Shown: positions 26,607-37,787 of the stretch, piece after piece
How positions within the stretch are numbered: position 1 is the first letter of the stretch
Layout: each line of letters starts with the position of its first letter
Assembly (NCBI RefSeq): GCF_006345805.1
Contig: NC_043008.1
Span: forward strand, 76,508,001-76,572,000
DNA: 64,000 bases
Direction of reading: 5' to 3'
From: Octopus sinensis
Taxonomy: Eukaryota
Notes under the pieces: model-generated
What the model saw: the letters and a program-made list of their open reading frames with translations, nothing else
What the model was told of the DNA's origin: nothing
Databases searched by the model: none
Translations under genes and position numbers: made by a program

Positions 26607-28159
26607 GCCAATTATGTGTGCGTTTGTAAATGTATGCAAGATGAGAATGCCTATAGAATATGTCAGTTCTATAAAGTGCATACACCTCCTACACTATCCT
26701 CACTATTATAAATGTTTTGAGTTATCTGACATTTTTCACCAAAGCTCAAAGCAAAATAATTTTGAAGCAGTGGAAACTAAATGCTTTCTCTTATTTTCTC
26801 TATCTTCTACGTTGTTTCTTTTCTCCCATAATGATTATCCTCACTTCTATTTACTTCTAGGTTAATAAGCTAACAAGTGACATTCAATGACTCTCCTCAA
26901 AATGTCTGGCTATTTTAGACGCTATATATAATCCACTGGAAAATTATGTTGCTAAATAAACCAGAAATTGATATCAACTCTACGTCGACTTAGTAACATT
27001 TCGAATTCTTCCAAGGAAATTTCATTATAAAACCTATAAGGCAATATCCTGTATGAAGAAGATAATGGCTCCACTCATACAAAAGTCATTTTTGAAAATC
27101 TTGATATATACATAAATCGAAAATCTAATACACTTTAATAGAATAAGTCCAGATGTGGTTTTATTAAATTTGATTTCCTTATTTGTGATTATTATTAATG
27201 AACATATCTTATCAAATATGCTTCAGAACACAGAACTCATTAGAACATCGAGTATTACAACTAGCTAACTCTCCTTTCCATTAGTTAACACCATACAGGC
27301 ATGTTTGAGACACGTCTTCATTTTTCGTCATTGCTATTATTATATTTCTTGTTTTATGGCTTAAAAATCTGCATGTGAAGTGCAACATCCATCTAACTGG
27401 ATATAGGATTTCAATAGATTAACGCAGATTACTGACTTCGATCATATAGCTATATATGTAACAATATAATCGTTTATCTGCTACTCCCAACATACAGAAA
27501 GCAGTCACAGCTTGTCCAATCAGTAATAGTATGTTACTCAATTAGTCACAATTTAAGCATTTTATATAGAATCTCTTACGAAGTATTCTACCTATGAAAA
27601 GAAACATTAATTTCACAGTTTCTTACAGTATCACCGCTGATGTGATATATCAGTGAATACAAGCAACACACTATCACCAGAATCCTCCAAACGCAAACAA
27701 CCTAAGCGGGAACAGACAACTCACACAAACATCTAAAACTGCAGATATCGCACTCACAACACATACAGAAACAACAAAAACAACACCATCATCACTGCAG
27801 TCAAGCAAACAAATTAATCATCAACACAAAACACCCAGTTTCGTACTTATTAGAAGGGACAACGAGGAACTGATGGCACTCATAAAGCAAAAACACAGAA
27901 TTTGAAACAGTGGTGGGGTGATCGTCAAATCGAACACATTTCATACCAGAAGATATACTGGTGCGAGTGTCGCTCGATTTCTACACAAAAATTCGAGATA
28001 GCTTTCCGGAGGACGTACAACCCCGAACGTGAGACCGACATCGATGCCCTTAAAGGGGTTCCCTAAAAAGACCCCACCAACTATGGAGGTCGAACCACCC
28101 GACCATCACAAGACATCGGGAGGTAAGTAAACCTTTCTTTCCTCAATTTAGCTTGCTAA

Positions 28160-28978
28160 CATGGTCATACTAAGAGTAGGGTTTTTAAATGTGCGAGGTC
28201 TGTGATTACACTGGAAGCAGAAACGCCTGCTCAACGACCTCAGGTCTCAAGAATTGGATATAATTGCTGTCAGGGTTACCAGCATATCAAATACACGCGC
28301 ATTGGCCCCCAAGTTCGGTGACTATCAGATCCTTGCATCTGTTAGTCAGCCGGGAGGTGGAGTGGCATTACTGTATACGAATGAACTGGATCTCGAGGTA
28401 AAGTCGATCTTCCGGGACCCGGGCTGGAAGTTGGTGGCCCTGTACATGAGTAACAGTGAAGGTAGTGTCTTTAGACTGGTGGCCATCTACGCTCCTACCG
28501 GAGCCAAACGACCAGGTTTCTTAAGGCAGCTGGAAGCCTTTCTAGGTACGTCTTGCCCTTTACTGTTAGTAGATCAACGTTGGGGTTGTGTGGAAGTAGC
28601 TGATAGAAAGGCGAGGTGAAAAAGCCTCAAGCACCTGATTAGACAGTTCCAACTATTTGATCAGGTACCGATGAGATTTCCCTAATGCGCCTGTGTGGAC
28701 CTGGACCAACCGCTTAGGAGCATCTAGATCGTAAATAGATAGAATTTTCACTAGTAACATTGTAGGGTGTCCAGTTTTAAAACAGTCGCCTATTCAGACC
28801 ATAAGTTTGTAATCTGTACGGTCGGCCTAGATAAGACGCGTAAGCTTGGACCCAGTTACTGGAAGCTGAACATGTCGTTTCCGGCACGTAAGGCTTACAG
28901 GGACCGGGTAAGCAATTTAGTTAAGCAGAAATTGACTGGGGGTATCGTCAACAACAGGTGATTGGGGGCTCTCAAAAG
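28160..28978 (+). pseudogene. Tx1/L1-clade LINE ORF2 remnant (APE endonuclease)
   Basis: MVILRVGFLNVRGL, GGGVALL, FRLVAIYAP, WTWTN..S*IDRIF, SDHKFV, GPSYWKLN, with stops and frameshifts; truncated where the SINE array begins. An ORF1 remnant may lie upstream (~27650-28125). Confidence 0.8.
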
Positions 28979-28979
28979 A

Positions 28980-29525
28980 GAGTATTTCACCAGTCGCTAC
29001 GTTCCGAGCTCAAATTCCACCGAGGTCGACATTGCCTTTTATCCTTTCGGGGTCGATAAATTAAGTACCAGTTGAATACTGGTTTCGATGAAATTGCCTT
29101 GCCCCTTCACCACAAATTTCAAACCTTGTGCTTTTAGTAGAGAAGATTATTATTAAGGCGGCGAGCTGACAGCATCGTTAGCAATCCGGGTAAAATGCTT
29201 TTCATCTGTCTTTACAATCTGTGTTCAAATTCCTCCCTTCATCTTTGCGGATCGATAAAATAAGTACCAGTTGATCACTGAGGTCGATACAGTCGACCTA
29301 CACTTCCACCGGAATTACTGACTTTGTGCCAAAGTCTGAAGCCATTATAATTAAAATCGTTGTTGTTAACACGACGAGCTGGCCGAATCGCTAGTGCGCC
29401 GAACAAAATCCATAGCGGCATTTCTTCCAGCTCTTTATGTTTTGAACTCAGATGCCAGTTATCAGTGGGTCGATGTAATCGAGTAGCACCCTCCCCAAAA
29501 TTTTAGGGATTATGCGTATAATTGA
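28980..29525 (+). mobile_element. SINE family B, three tandem copies
   Basis: Units at ~28980, 29157 and 29372, each with the gtcga...aagtaccagttg...gtcgat body (partly deleted in the third); short attatt spacers. Confidence 0.8.
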
Positions 29526-29531
29526 AATGAA

Positions 29532-29601
<70 letters not shown>

Positions 29602-29604
<3 letters not shown>

Positions 29605-30122
29605 TAGTTTTATTTTTATAGCGTGCTTTCACTTCACTACCGAGCGCAGCTCTGTGTGCCTTAGGTATGTGCTGTGATTTGTTGTGATGCTCTGATGGTT
29701 ATTGTATGGAAAGTGTTCTGCGTAGGATGTGTGCAGTGCCTAGTAGTGCAATTTTCTGTATGTTATATGTGTTTGTAAGTCCTGGTGTTTTTGTTATGTA
29801 TTTATCTGAATATTTTTTATCATGCCTAATGCACCTACTATGATAAGAATGGTTTCTGTTTTTAGATTCCACATTCTGGTTACCTCTATTTCCAGGTCTT
29901 TGTATTTTGAAAGTTTCTCCATTTCTTTTAGAGACACGTTGTCATCTGCCGGTATTGATACATCAATTAGAAAGCATTTTTTTTCTTCATGATCTCTGAC
30001 AACTATATCTGGTCTGTTGGCCTTAATTTCTCTATCTGTGTGTATCGGCATATCCCAGAGTATGGTTGCTTTCTCGTTTTCTGTGACCTTTTCTGGTGTG
30101 TGCCTATACCATCTTTTTTCTG

Positions 30123-30123
<1 letters not shown>
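29602..30123 (-). mobile_element. 5'-truncated R4/Dong-like LINE (RLE domain + 3'UTR) inside (TAA)n
   Basis: WYRHTPEKV...ILWD.PIHTDREIKANRPDIV...LIDVSIP..DNV..KE.EKLSKYKDL; perfect (TTA)n on both sides (29533-29601 and 30124-30190). Confidence 0.9.
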
Positions 30124-30191
<68 letters not shown>

Positions 30192-30708
30192 CATCATCAT
30201 CACCATTATTAAAGCAAGATAACCCAAAACAGTGTCTAATTTCACAGTGACACATTCCTTGCAATAGCATCAATTTAATCTCTTTTCAACATATATTGGT
30301 AGACAAGTCACAGAGTGTAAAATTAAGTGTCATTTCTGGCTTTATAATGTAGAAGACACTTGCAAGTGAGAGGTTTCAATTGTCCAAGGAGCTTACTAAA
30401 ACAGAAAAAAATCATTTTTTCATAAGAAACATTTAATGAATAATCATTTTAATCATTTTTTTCCGTCGCCTAAATATTTCTGGGTAATTGAAGATGGGAT
30501 TAGTTCTCAATCATTACTGATAATGAAGAAATATTAAGTTAACTAATCGAAGAGAAATAAAGGAAATTAATTAAAGAATCAAAACGGTAGATTGAGAAAC
30601 ACATTATATTTGGTAAAATATTGGTTTTATAGGCTGGCAGCAAGTACCAATCATTGATTGATTTAGATTACATAATTTTATGCGCCGCTTCTGTTTTTCC
30701 TTCTCCCT

Positions 30709-30793
30709 TTTCTTCTTCTTCTTCTTCTTCTTCTTCTTCTTCTTCTTCTTCTTCTTCTTCTTCTTCTTCTTCTTCTTCTTCTTCTTCTTCTTC
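30709..30793. repeat. (TTC)n microsatellite
   Basis: Directly visible. Confidence 0.95.
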
Positions 30794-31729
30794 TCCTTCT
30801 TCCTTCGTTGTTATTTCAATTGATTCAAAGATTTCTACTTGTCTTGGCGTATTCAACATCTGCTCGTATTTCACTGACACATTTTACTACTATGGCACAT
30901 TTTACAGCTCAGCAGTTCCTCACTGTACATTTTGTTTCGATAAAAAAATTCTAAAGTGATGACGCTCGCCACAATAATTCTATTAATAAAACAAAGGGTA
31001 GAGGTGAGCTCACATTTCAATGATGGCAGTTAATAATCGTCATTTCAAGATATTAAATTATAGTTTTCTATAGTTAGGTGGGTTGGTTAAACTTTGCAGA
31101 GAATCTGACGAGTACAGCCTTTTTTTTCTTTTTCACAATTTCTGACTTTATCCCTCTTCTAAGTTCAATCAATCAACTACTCAGTCTTGTCTGACAATGA
31201 GAGCTAATATCATTTTTTTTATCTGCAACAAAATATTCAAACTCAAATTACATTTTTGAAAAAGAAAAAAAGAGTAGCGAAATGTTTAGGTTTTTTTTTA
31301 CCTTAATGAGAAAAGCTATGGCCATAAAGTGAAGTGTCTCCTGCGAACCGACACAGTTTAAAAGTTCCAACTCCCATCTGCGCAATATTAAATGTCTATA
31401 ATTGCTATTTTGAACTGTGTTGAATGGACTCCGTTGGCCTAAATTTTCTTCTCGTTAAGCACATACAGCTTGTTTGAAAGTTCAGTGAGCTGGTGTTCTA
31501 CGCGGCTGAATCTCCCCCACCTCTTTCTCCCTCTCTCGCTTAATTAGTCATCTCTCTTTCCTCCCCTCTTTTCCCCCTAACTATCGATTTGTTCTAAATG
31601 ATTTTTGTGTTGCGCGCAAAAAGTTGGGGGCTTGGAAGAATCGACTGTACATTTGCCAGACCTTAATTGACTCAATTTTTTGCTAGGCATAACCGGGAAT
31701 CCTTTTATTCTACTCATGCCTGATTTATT

Positions 31730-32165
31730 GCGGCGAGCTGGCAGAATCCTTATCCCGCTGGACAAAATGTTTAGCTGCATTTCATCCGTCTTTACGTTCT
31801 CATTTCAAATTCCGCCGAGGACAATATTGCCTTTCCTCCTTTAGGGGTCGATAAAATAAGCTCCAGTTGAGCACTGGGGTCGATTCAATCGACTATCTAC
31901 CTCATCTAAAAATTTCAGGACTTGTGCCTATAGTCGAAAGGATTTTTATTATTATCATGGTGGTAAGCTGGCAGAATCGTTAGCACGCTGGACAAAATGC
32001 ATAGTGGCAATTCGTCTGTCATTCTGAGTTCAAACTCCACCGAAGTCGACTTTTCATCCTTTCGAGTTCGATAAAATAAGTATCAGTTGAATACTGGGGG
32101 TCGATGTAATCAACATGCCCCCTCCCTTGAACTTGCTGGCTTTGTGCCAAAATTTGAAACCATTA
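31730..32165 (+). mobile_element. SINE family B, two tandem copies
   Basis: gcggcgagctggcagaatc at 31730 and ggtggtaagctggcagaatcgttagcacg at ~31959, each with the full body. Confidence 0.85.
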
Positions 32166-33009
32166 TCATTGTTGCTATTTATCGCAAAGACTACGCGCGT
32201 TGCGATCCCTCAGAGAATTATCAAATTGTTTTCATTGCTTTAAATCTATTTCTGTTTCCTTTTCGTTGTACGGTGTGTCATTAACTTGAGCAGACCATAA
32301 GGGTCGGAGCAAAAGTCATTGTCATCTGCCCTAAAGGCAAAACTTGAATAGAAAACTTTCTTTTCAAAATATTGAATAAAATATTCAATATGGCAAAGGT
32401 CATTTTTTATTCATTATATTGGCCATAAAGGCCTTACATAGAAGGGAAGCTACGGGCTGGACATAGACATAATGTTATGAAATGACAAATGAAAATGATG
32501 ATAAATGAGGGCAACAAGCAACGCCCACCGTTTGCTGCTTACCCGAGAACATTGCTCTTTTATATTTCATTCACGAGGCAACAAACCTCTTACATTTTTT
32601 ACAAAAACGAGCGGGAAAACTTTCCTGCACCTCTGCTTCAGAAATAACACAGTGCTCATTCAAATTGTTAACGTGACGCTGATGATTCACTCGCATCTTA
32701 ACTTAGTAGAACTAACTCTGTATGGTCAACAGAAAACTACAGACATGCAGGTTACTAGAAGCATCCAACTCCTTTCTAGCTGATGGCATTCAGATAGAGA
32801 TCATGAAATAAATCCTGTCAACCAGTCTCTCTACGCGAGACATTGACATATATCTACAGCACTCTATAACAGTTATGTATTACTCATGTAGTAAGCTTGT
32901 TCCAGAGAGAATGCCAAACCGACAGAAAAACATAATTACCAAAGATAGGAAGATTCTAATCAGAAGTCGAGTAAAGATCTCAAACTGTCTAAATGGGCCA
33001 CTAAAGACT

Positions 33010-33720
33010 AGAGATCAATTTCATCTCAAATAAACATTGCTTCAGAGTTACACTTTGCGATGTTTTATTGTATGGTCTAACATTTTTTTTTTAGTTGTAT
33101 GTCCATCCCATTCTGTTTGAGCCTCCGTTAGATAATGATGTGCTGTAACTTTTGTTATCATTGGAAAATGACGTAAGATGATTTCGTAGCCGGTTTTTCA
33201 TGGTGTCTCCGGTTAGACTTATGTACGCATATTTTAGTGCACCTTTCTTCACTTCACATTTGTAAATTACGTTCTTTACCATGCAGGTGTTATTAAATTT
33301 GTATTAATTTTACCTTTTCTGAATGGATTGTTTTCCTGTTCCTCACCTGCATTTATGTTGTGCACATCGGTGTTTGTGTGTGAATTTTGCTTATTAACGA
33401 ATTTATTATTACTGCTCAGACGCCTTCTTTCTCCAGCAACCGTGTTCTTATTTTCCTCGGGTGTGGATTGTACTGGCACTGCCAGTGGTGTGGTGCTGTT
33501 TGGAGACATTCCTGTTATGGAGGAGCTTTTATCATTCACCTTCACAACTGTTCCTTTGCTGTTTATTCTGTCTTGGTTTTTCCGTTTTAACAGTTGCGAG
33601 GATGAATATTCCAAATTATACTGTAATCATCCCAAGAAAGCGGACTATGGTCACAATAATCATGTGATTTGTGGAAACGCACGTAGTGATACATTAAAAT
33701 ATTTACAAATTCTATCTACG
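33010..33720 (-). pseudogene. Penelope-like GIY-YIG endonuclease remnant
   Basis: VKNVIYKCEV...YAYISLTGDTMKNRLRNHLTSF...YSTSLS...RPYNKTS; homologous to the remnant at 41645-41990. Confidence 0.7.
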
Positions 33721-33721
33721 G

Positions 33722-33752
<31 letters not shown>

Positions 33753-33968
33753 TATGTTTGACTTTTGCTTTATATTTGTACAAGTTGGCTCCAAGTCTCA
33801 CCCAGAGACCTCAAGAGACAACAGGGTTGGAAGTTCATGTTGTTGTTATGCCTAGTGTGCCATATATTTGGGGGGTGGGGATGTTGTACTAATGAATGTC
33901 TAAAAAAAAAGTTTTTTTTTTTTTTTTTTTTTTTAAACCGAAAATTATGTTTGTTTTAAACCTTGAGG

Positions 33969-36929
33969 TTACATAGAGAGTATTTTGCGTAGGATATGAG
34001 CAGTTCCCATGAGCACTATCTTTTGAACTTCTGCCATTTTGGGGTTTCCTGGTATCTGAGTTAGGTAGCTATCAGCCCCTTTTGCTATCATTCCCAGGGC
34101 ACCTATGACAACAGGTATTGTTTTAGTCTTCAGCTTCCACATTTTGCTGATTTCTATTTCAAGATCTTTATATTTGCTCAGTTTTTGGTAGGTCCTGACA
34201 GATACGTTTATATCGATTGGGACAGTCATATCAATGAGGAGGCATGTTCTTTGTTTGAAGTCTTTCAATATGATGTCTGGCCTATTTGCATCTATCTTCC
34301 TGTCAGTTTGAATGGTGAAGTTCCAGAGGAGTGAGATGTGGTCATTTTCAAGCACTGGGGGTGGTTTGTGTTCCCACCAGTTTTTTTCATGGGGCAAATC
34401 CAGGTTTTTACAGATTACCCAGTGAATATATTGTGCAGCTCTATCGTGCCTGTTGAGATACTCTGTAGGCGCTAGAAGACTGCACTTGGAGACCACATGG
34501 TCAATGGTTTCATTTTGTTGCTTGCATACACGACACGTTGGACTGCTTCTGATCTTTAATATGTTGGCCTGGTAGTTTCTTGTTGGTAGGCATTGATCTT
34601 GAGCTGCTATGATAAACCCCTCTGTTTCAGATTTTAAGCCAGAGGCCATTAGCCATTGATGGGTCAGGGCTTTGTCGATATCTGCATTATTCGCTCTCTT
34701 TGGGTATTTGCCGTAGAGAGGTTTTTCTTGCCATTTATTATTCAGAATATCTAAGGCCGCAGTTTTGGCACGGGTTTTCATGCGCCTAGCTTTTTCTGTG
34801 CTTGTTTCTTGTATGTCTATCTCTAATTCCGAAATTGGTTGTATTCGGAATTCACTTAGATATTCCTTTGCCTGTTTTGTGACTGAGTATGATGCTTTCT
34901 TGTTTTCATGTTTTGAGACAAGTTTTAACATCCAGTCCTCAGAGTTTTTCAGGTAGGTGTCTAGGCCAATTGTAGCAATCTTCATTGTTATTGCCAGTTG
35001 CAAAAGACCACGGCCTCCCTCTTTTCTTGGCAGATAGAGTCGTTCTGTATCTGCCTTAGGGTGGTGCATTCTATGCATTGTCAACAGTTTCCTTATTTTT
35101 CTGTCGAGCTGACATATTTCAGTAATTGACCAGTTAACAATATTGAAACTGTAAGTCACGACTGGTATAGCTAATGCATTGATTGCTTCGATCCTGTTTC
35201 TTGCATTCAGCTCTGTCTTGAGTATTGCTCTCACTCTTCGATAGCATTCTCTCCTGATCCTTTCCTTCATCTCTGAATGCCTTATTCCGTTCCCTTCAAT
35301 TACCCCTAGGTACTTGTAGCTCTCCGCTGGGTCTAGTTCTTTTATGACATTCTGTTGGTCAAGGTTAACGTTAGATGTTTCTGTCATTTTTCCTTTGATA
35401 AAGGTAGCCTTTGCACATTTATCGAGGCCGAATTGCATTCTGATGTCGTCACTGAATTGTTTGACTATCGCTAGTAAGCCCTTGAGTTGTTGATCATTTT
35501 TTGCAAAAAGCTTTAAATCATCCATGTAAACGAGATGATTTATATTTTTATCAAACATTTTATACCCGTACTGCGCGTCATTGAGCAGCTTTGAGAGAGG
35601 TATTAAGGATAAACAAAAGAGGAGTGGTGACAGTGAGTCACCCTGGAAAATGCCACACGAAATTTTTACATCACCAGCATTTAGGGATTCACTGTCACTG
35701 TTCAGAGTTAGTGTGGTTCTCCATGATCTCATACTTACAGTCAAGAAGTTTCGCAGAGTTGGTGCTATCTTATACATTTCAAGGCATTTCCTAATCCAGC
35801 TATGTGGTAGGCTATCAAAAGCCTTTTTATAGTCTATCCAGGCTATTGATAAGTTTTTGTGTCGTTTGTGACAATCTTCTAAGATCATCTTATTGATGAG
35901 TAGTTGGTCTTTACAGCCGTAGGATCCACGTTTACATCCTTTCTGTTCATTAGGGAATATGCTGCTGTCTGTTAAAAAACTATAGGTATATTCCGTCAGG
36001 ACAGATGTTAGTGTTTTGTACATAGTTGTTAAGCAGGTTATGGGTCTATAGTTTTTTGGTTCATTTGTTTCTTCACTTTTTGGAAGCAGGAATGTTAACC
36101 CATTAACTAGCCAAGGAGGCATCCTACTAGGGTGTTGCAAAACATCATTGTACAGTTCTGTTAGCAGTTCATGGCTCTCTGGGAAGGCATTCAGCCAGAA
36201 GTTAGGAATTTTATCCTTTCCTGGAGACTTCCATTTGCTTGACCTCCTGAGAGCAGATCTTATATCTTCTACCTTGACACCCTCCCACTTTTGCTCTTCT
36301 AAGGGGTCCAGTTCTGTAGATATTCTGTCAATCCAGGGGGCCTTTTCGTTGTGTGTTTTTTCTTCTGCCCAGATTTTATTCCAAAATCTCTGCACTTCTT
36401 CTTTTGATGGTACAGACCCTGCAGTAAACGCTGTTTTTCCTATCTTCCTGTAAAAATTCTTGGTGTTATTTTTGAACATGTTGTTGTCCTTGAAAAATCT
36501 AACACGCTTTTCATACCTCGCTATGCGGGTAGCTTTGGCAGATACCTTTTGTTTGATGGTTTCTATGGTGGCATCAATATCAAGTATAGTTTTCATATTG
36601 TATTTTTTCAGTAATTTTTGGGTTTTTGTAGGTTTGGTAGTCTTGTGAGCCTTAAGGTTTTTCAAATATTCAATGTCAGATCTAAATACTTTAATTTGTT
36701 GTTGCAGACGCTCTTGCCAAGAAGGCTTTTTGTGGGACTGTTGCCGTTTTCTAATCTTTACACCACATAGGATCGTTGAGATTTTCGCGGATGCATAGTA
36801 TAGGTGGTTGAGGTTTGTGATATCAACATCATTAACTGAAATTATATCCTTAAGTGCAAGCCGGATTTTACCAATTATTTTCATGTTTTTGGTTAGAGTT
36901 GCGGATTTTAGGAAGTGTATCACGCTCAT
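33969..36929 (-). CDS. R4-clade retrotransposon polyprotein, RT and RLE portion (986 aa open)
   Basis: KWKSPGKD, YRPITCL, QKGC, IDYKKAFDS, GIFQGDSLSPLLF, YMDD, YKYLG; CRVC..ETIDHVVSKC, RHD, RPDI..IDMT..KLSKYKDL. Confidence 0.92.
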   Translation of the reverse strand: MSVIHFLKSATLTKNMKIIGKIRLALKDIISVNDVDITNLNHLYYASAKISTILCGVKIRKRQQSHKKPSWQERLQQQIKVFRSDIEYLKNLKAHKTTKPTKTQKLLKKYNMKTILDIDATIETIKQKVSAKATRIARYEKRVRFFKDNNMFKNNTKNFYRKIGKTAFTAGSVPSKEEVQRFWNKIWAEEKTHNEKAPWIDRISTELDPLEEQKWEGVKVEDIRSALRRSSKWKSPGKDKIPNFWLNAFPESHELLTELYNDVLQHPSRMPPWLVNGLTFLLPKSEETNEPKNYRPITCLTTMYKTLTSVLTEYTYSFLTDSSIFPNEQKGCKRGSYGCKDQLLINKMILEDCHKRHKNLSIAWIDYKKAFDSLPHSWIRKCLEMYKIAPTLRNFLTVSMRSWRTTLTLNSDSESLNAGDVKISCGIFQGDSLSPLLFCLSLIPLSKLLNDAQYGYKMFDKNINHLVYMDDLKLFAKNDQQLKGLLAIVKQFSDDIRMQFGLDKCAKATFIKGKMTETSNVNLDQQNVIKELDPAESYKYLGVIEGNGIRHSEMKERIRRECYRRVRAILKTELNARNRIEAINALAIPVVTYSFNIVNWSITEICQLDRKIRKLLTMHRMHHPKADTERLYLPRKEGGRGLLQLAITMKIATIGLDTYLKNSEDWMLKLVSKHENKKASYSVTKQAKEYLSEFRIQPISELEIDIQETSTEKARRMKTRAKTAALDILNNKWQEKPLYGKYPKRANNADIDKALTHQWLMASGLKSETEGFIIAAQDQCLPTRNYQANILKIRSSPTCRVCKQQNETIDHVVSKCSLLAPTEYLNRHDRAAQYIHWVICKNLDLPHEKNWWEHKPPPVLENDHISLLWNFTIQTDRKIDANRPDIILKDFKQRTCLLIDMTVPIDINVSVRTYQKLSKYKDLEIEISKMWKLKTKTIPVVIGALGMIAKGADSYLTQIPGNPKMAEVQKIVLMGTAHILRKILSM

Positions 36930-36977
36930 CCATGCTGGTTTCTTTAATTTTCAGCCATTCAATCATGATTTGATTTT

Positions 36978-37787
36978 TTAGCTCATGTAGTTCTGTTGGG
37001 TCAATATTGTGTGACTTTCTTTATCTATTTGATGCTCATCTGTCTTAGTGTTTATGATTGGTTCAGGGCGTATTTCACTTTGCCTATCACTTATACTAAC
37101 TCTTTCAATCCTCTCTTCGTTTTTATCCGCCCTGGGCTGGTCTATAATCATTTCCTCTGTATTATCTTCTCTAGCTGCAGCTTCGTTCATTTTATCCGAT
37201 ATTGCTTGTCTAACCTGATCAATCTCTACTTCAGTCAGTAATTTCTTTTTTATAATGTTTCTTCTAACATTGGCAAGCTTGTTACTGTCTATGTAGGGTC
37301 TTACTTCAGGGTGTTTCTGTCTCCAGTTTAAGTATGCTTGTACAGTGCTAGACTTATCTGTGGGGAAATATATGGCATGGTAGAAGGCCTCGAGAACTTC
37401 TTTATTATCTTCCCTAGACCATTTTTCCTTCTTTTTCTTTTGATTATTTGGTGATGAGCATGGATGGCCATCTGTTGGAATATTCCGGTTGTGGGGTTCG
37501 TCCAGCTCCTGTGTGTTGGGAAGATTTGATCCAGTAACTGATTTTTCAATCAGGATTTGGTTCAATTTTCGGGTACGTGGTCTTTTGTAATCCGCGCAAT
37601 GACCAATGCGGTTTATTGTTTGATTTGTTGACCTTGAAGCATGACGAGCATCCATTCTTATATTAGGAGATGGATCTGTCAGTTTAGGGTTCACTACATG
37701 TAAGCATTGCTCATAGCGCCGCTTCTTAAGACTAGCAGATCTATATTCGTCTGTATTTTTTTTGTTGATAGTTTTATCTCCGGACAT
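36978..37787 (-). CDS. N-terminal part of the same R4-clade polyprotein (split by frameshifts)
   Basis: KWSREDNKEVLEAFY...W...HP...KLANVRRNIIKKKLLTEVEI resembles the R4/Dong N-terminal domain; same frame as the downstream ORF. Confidence 0.7.
   Translation of the reverse strand: MSGDKTINKKNTDEYRSASLKKRRYEQCLHVVNPKLTDPSPNIRMDARHASRSTNQTINRIGHCADYKRPRTRKLNQILIEKSVTGSNLPNTQELDEPHNRNIPTDGHPCSSPNNQKKKKEKWSREDNKEVLEAFYHAIYFPTDKSSTVQAYLNWRQKHPEVRPYIDSNKLANVRRNIIKKKLLTEVEIDQVRQAISDKMNEAAAREDNTEEMIIDQPRADKNEERIERVSISDRQSEIRPEPIINTKTDEHQIDKESHTILTQQNYMS

Larger units (their letters stand above)
33752..37787 (-). mobile_element. Near-complete R4/Dong-clade non-LTR retrotransposon (RT + restriction-like endonuclease)
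   Basis: Single-ORF architecture: N-terminal domain, RT, CCHC finger, RLE; ~217-bp 3'UTR ending at (TAA)n (33722-33751). The 5' boundary is uncertain and may reach ~37918. Confidence 0.92.

Noticed and set aside
28980-29525. Regularly repeated gtcga-containing motifs suggesting a CRISPR-like array
   Set aside because: They are tandem SINE copies with no constant repeat/unique spacer structure and no cas genes, in a eukaryotic context.
33328-33855. 175-aa plus-strand ORF
   Set aside because: It is antisense to a Penelope remnant and reads through a TTA tract into the R4 3'UTR.
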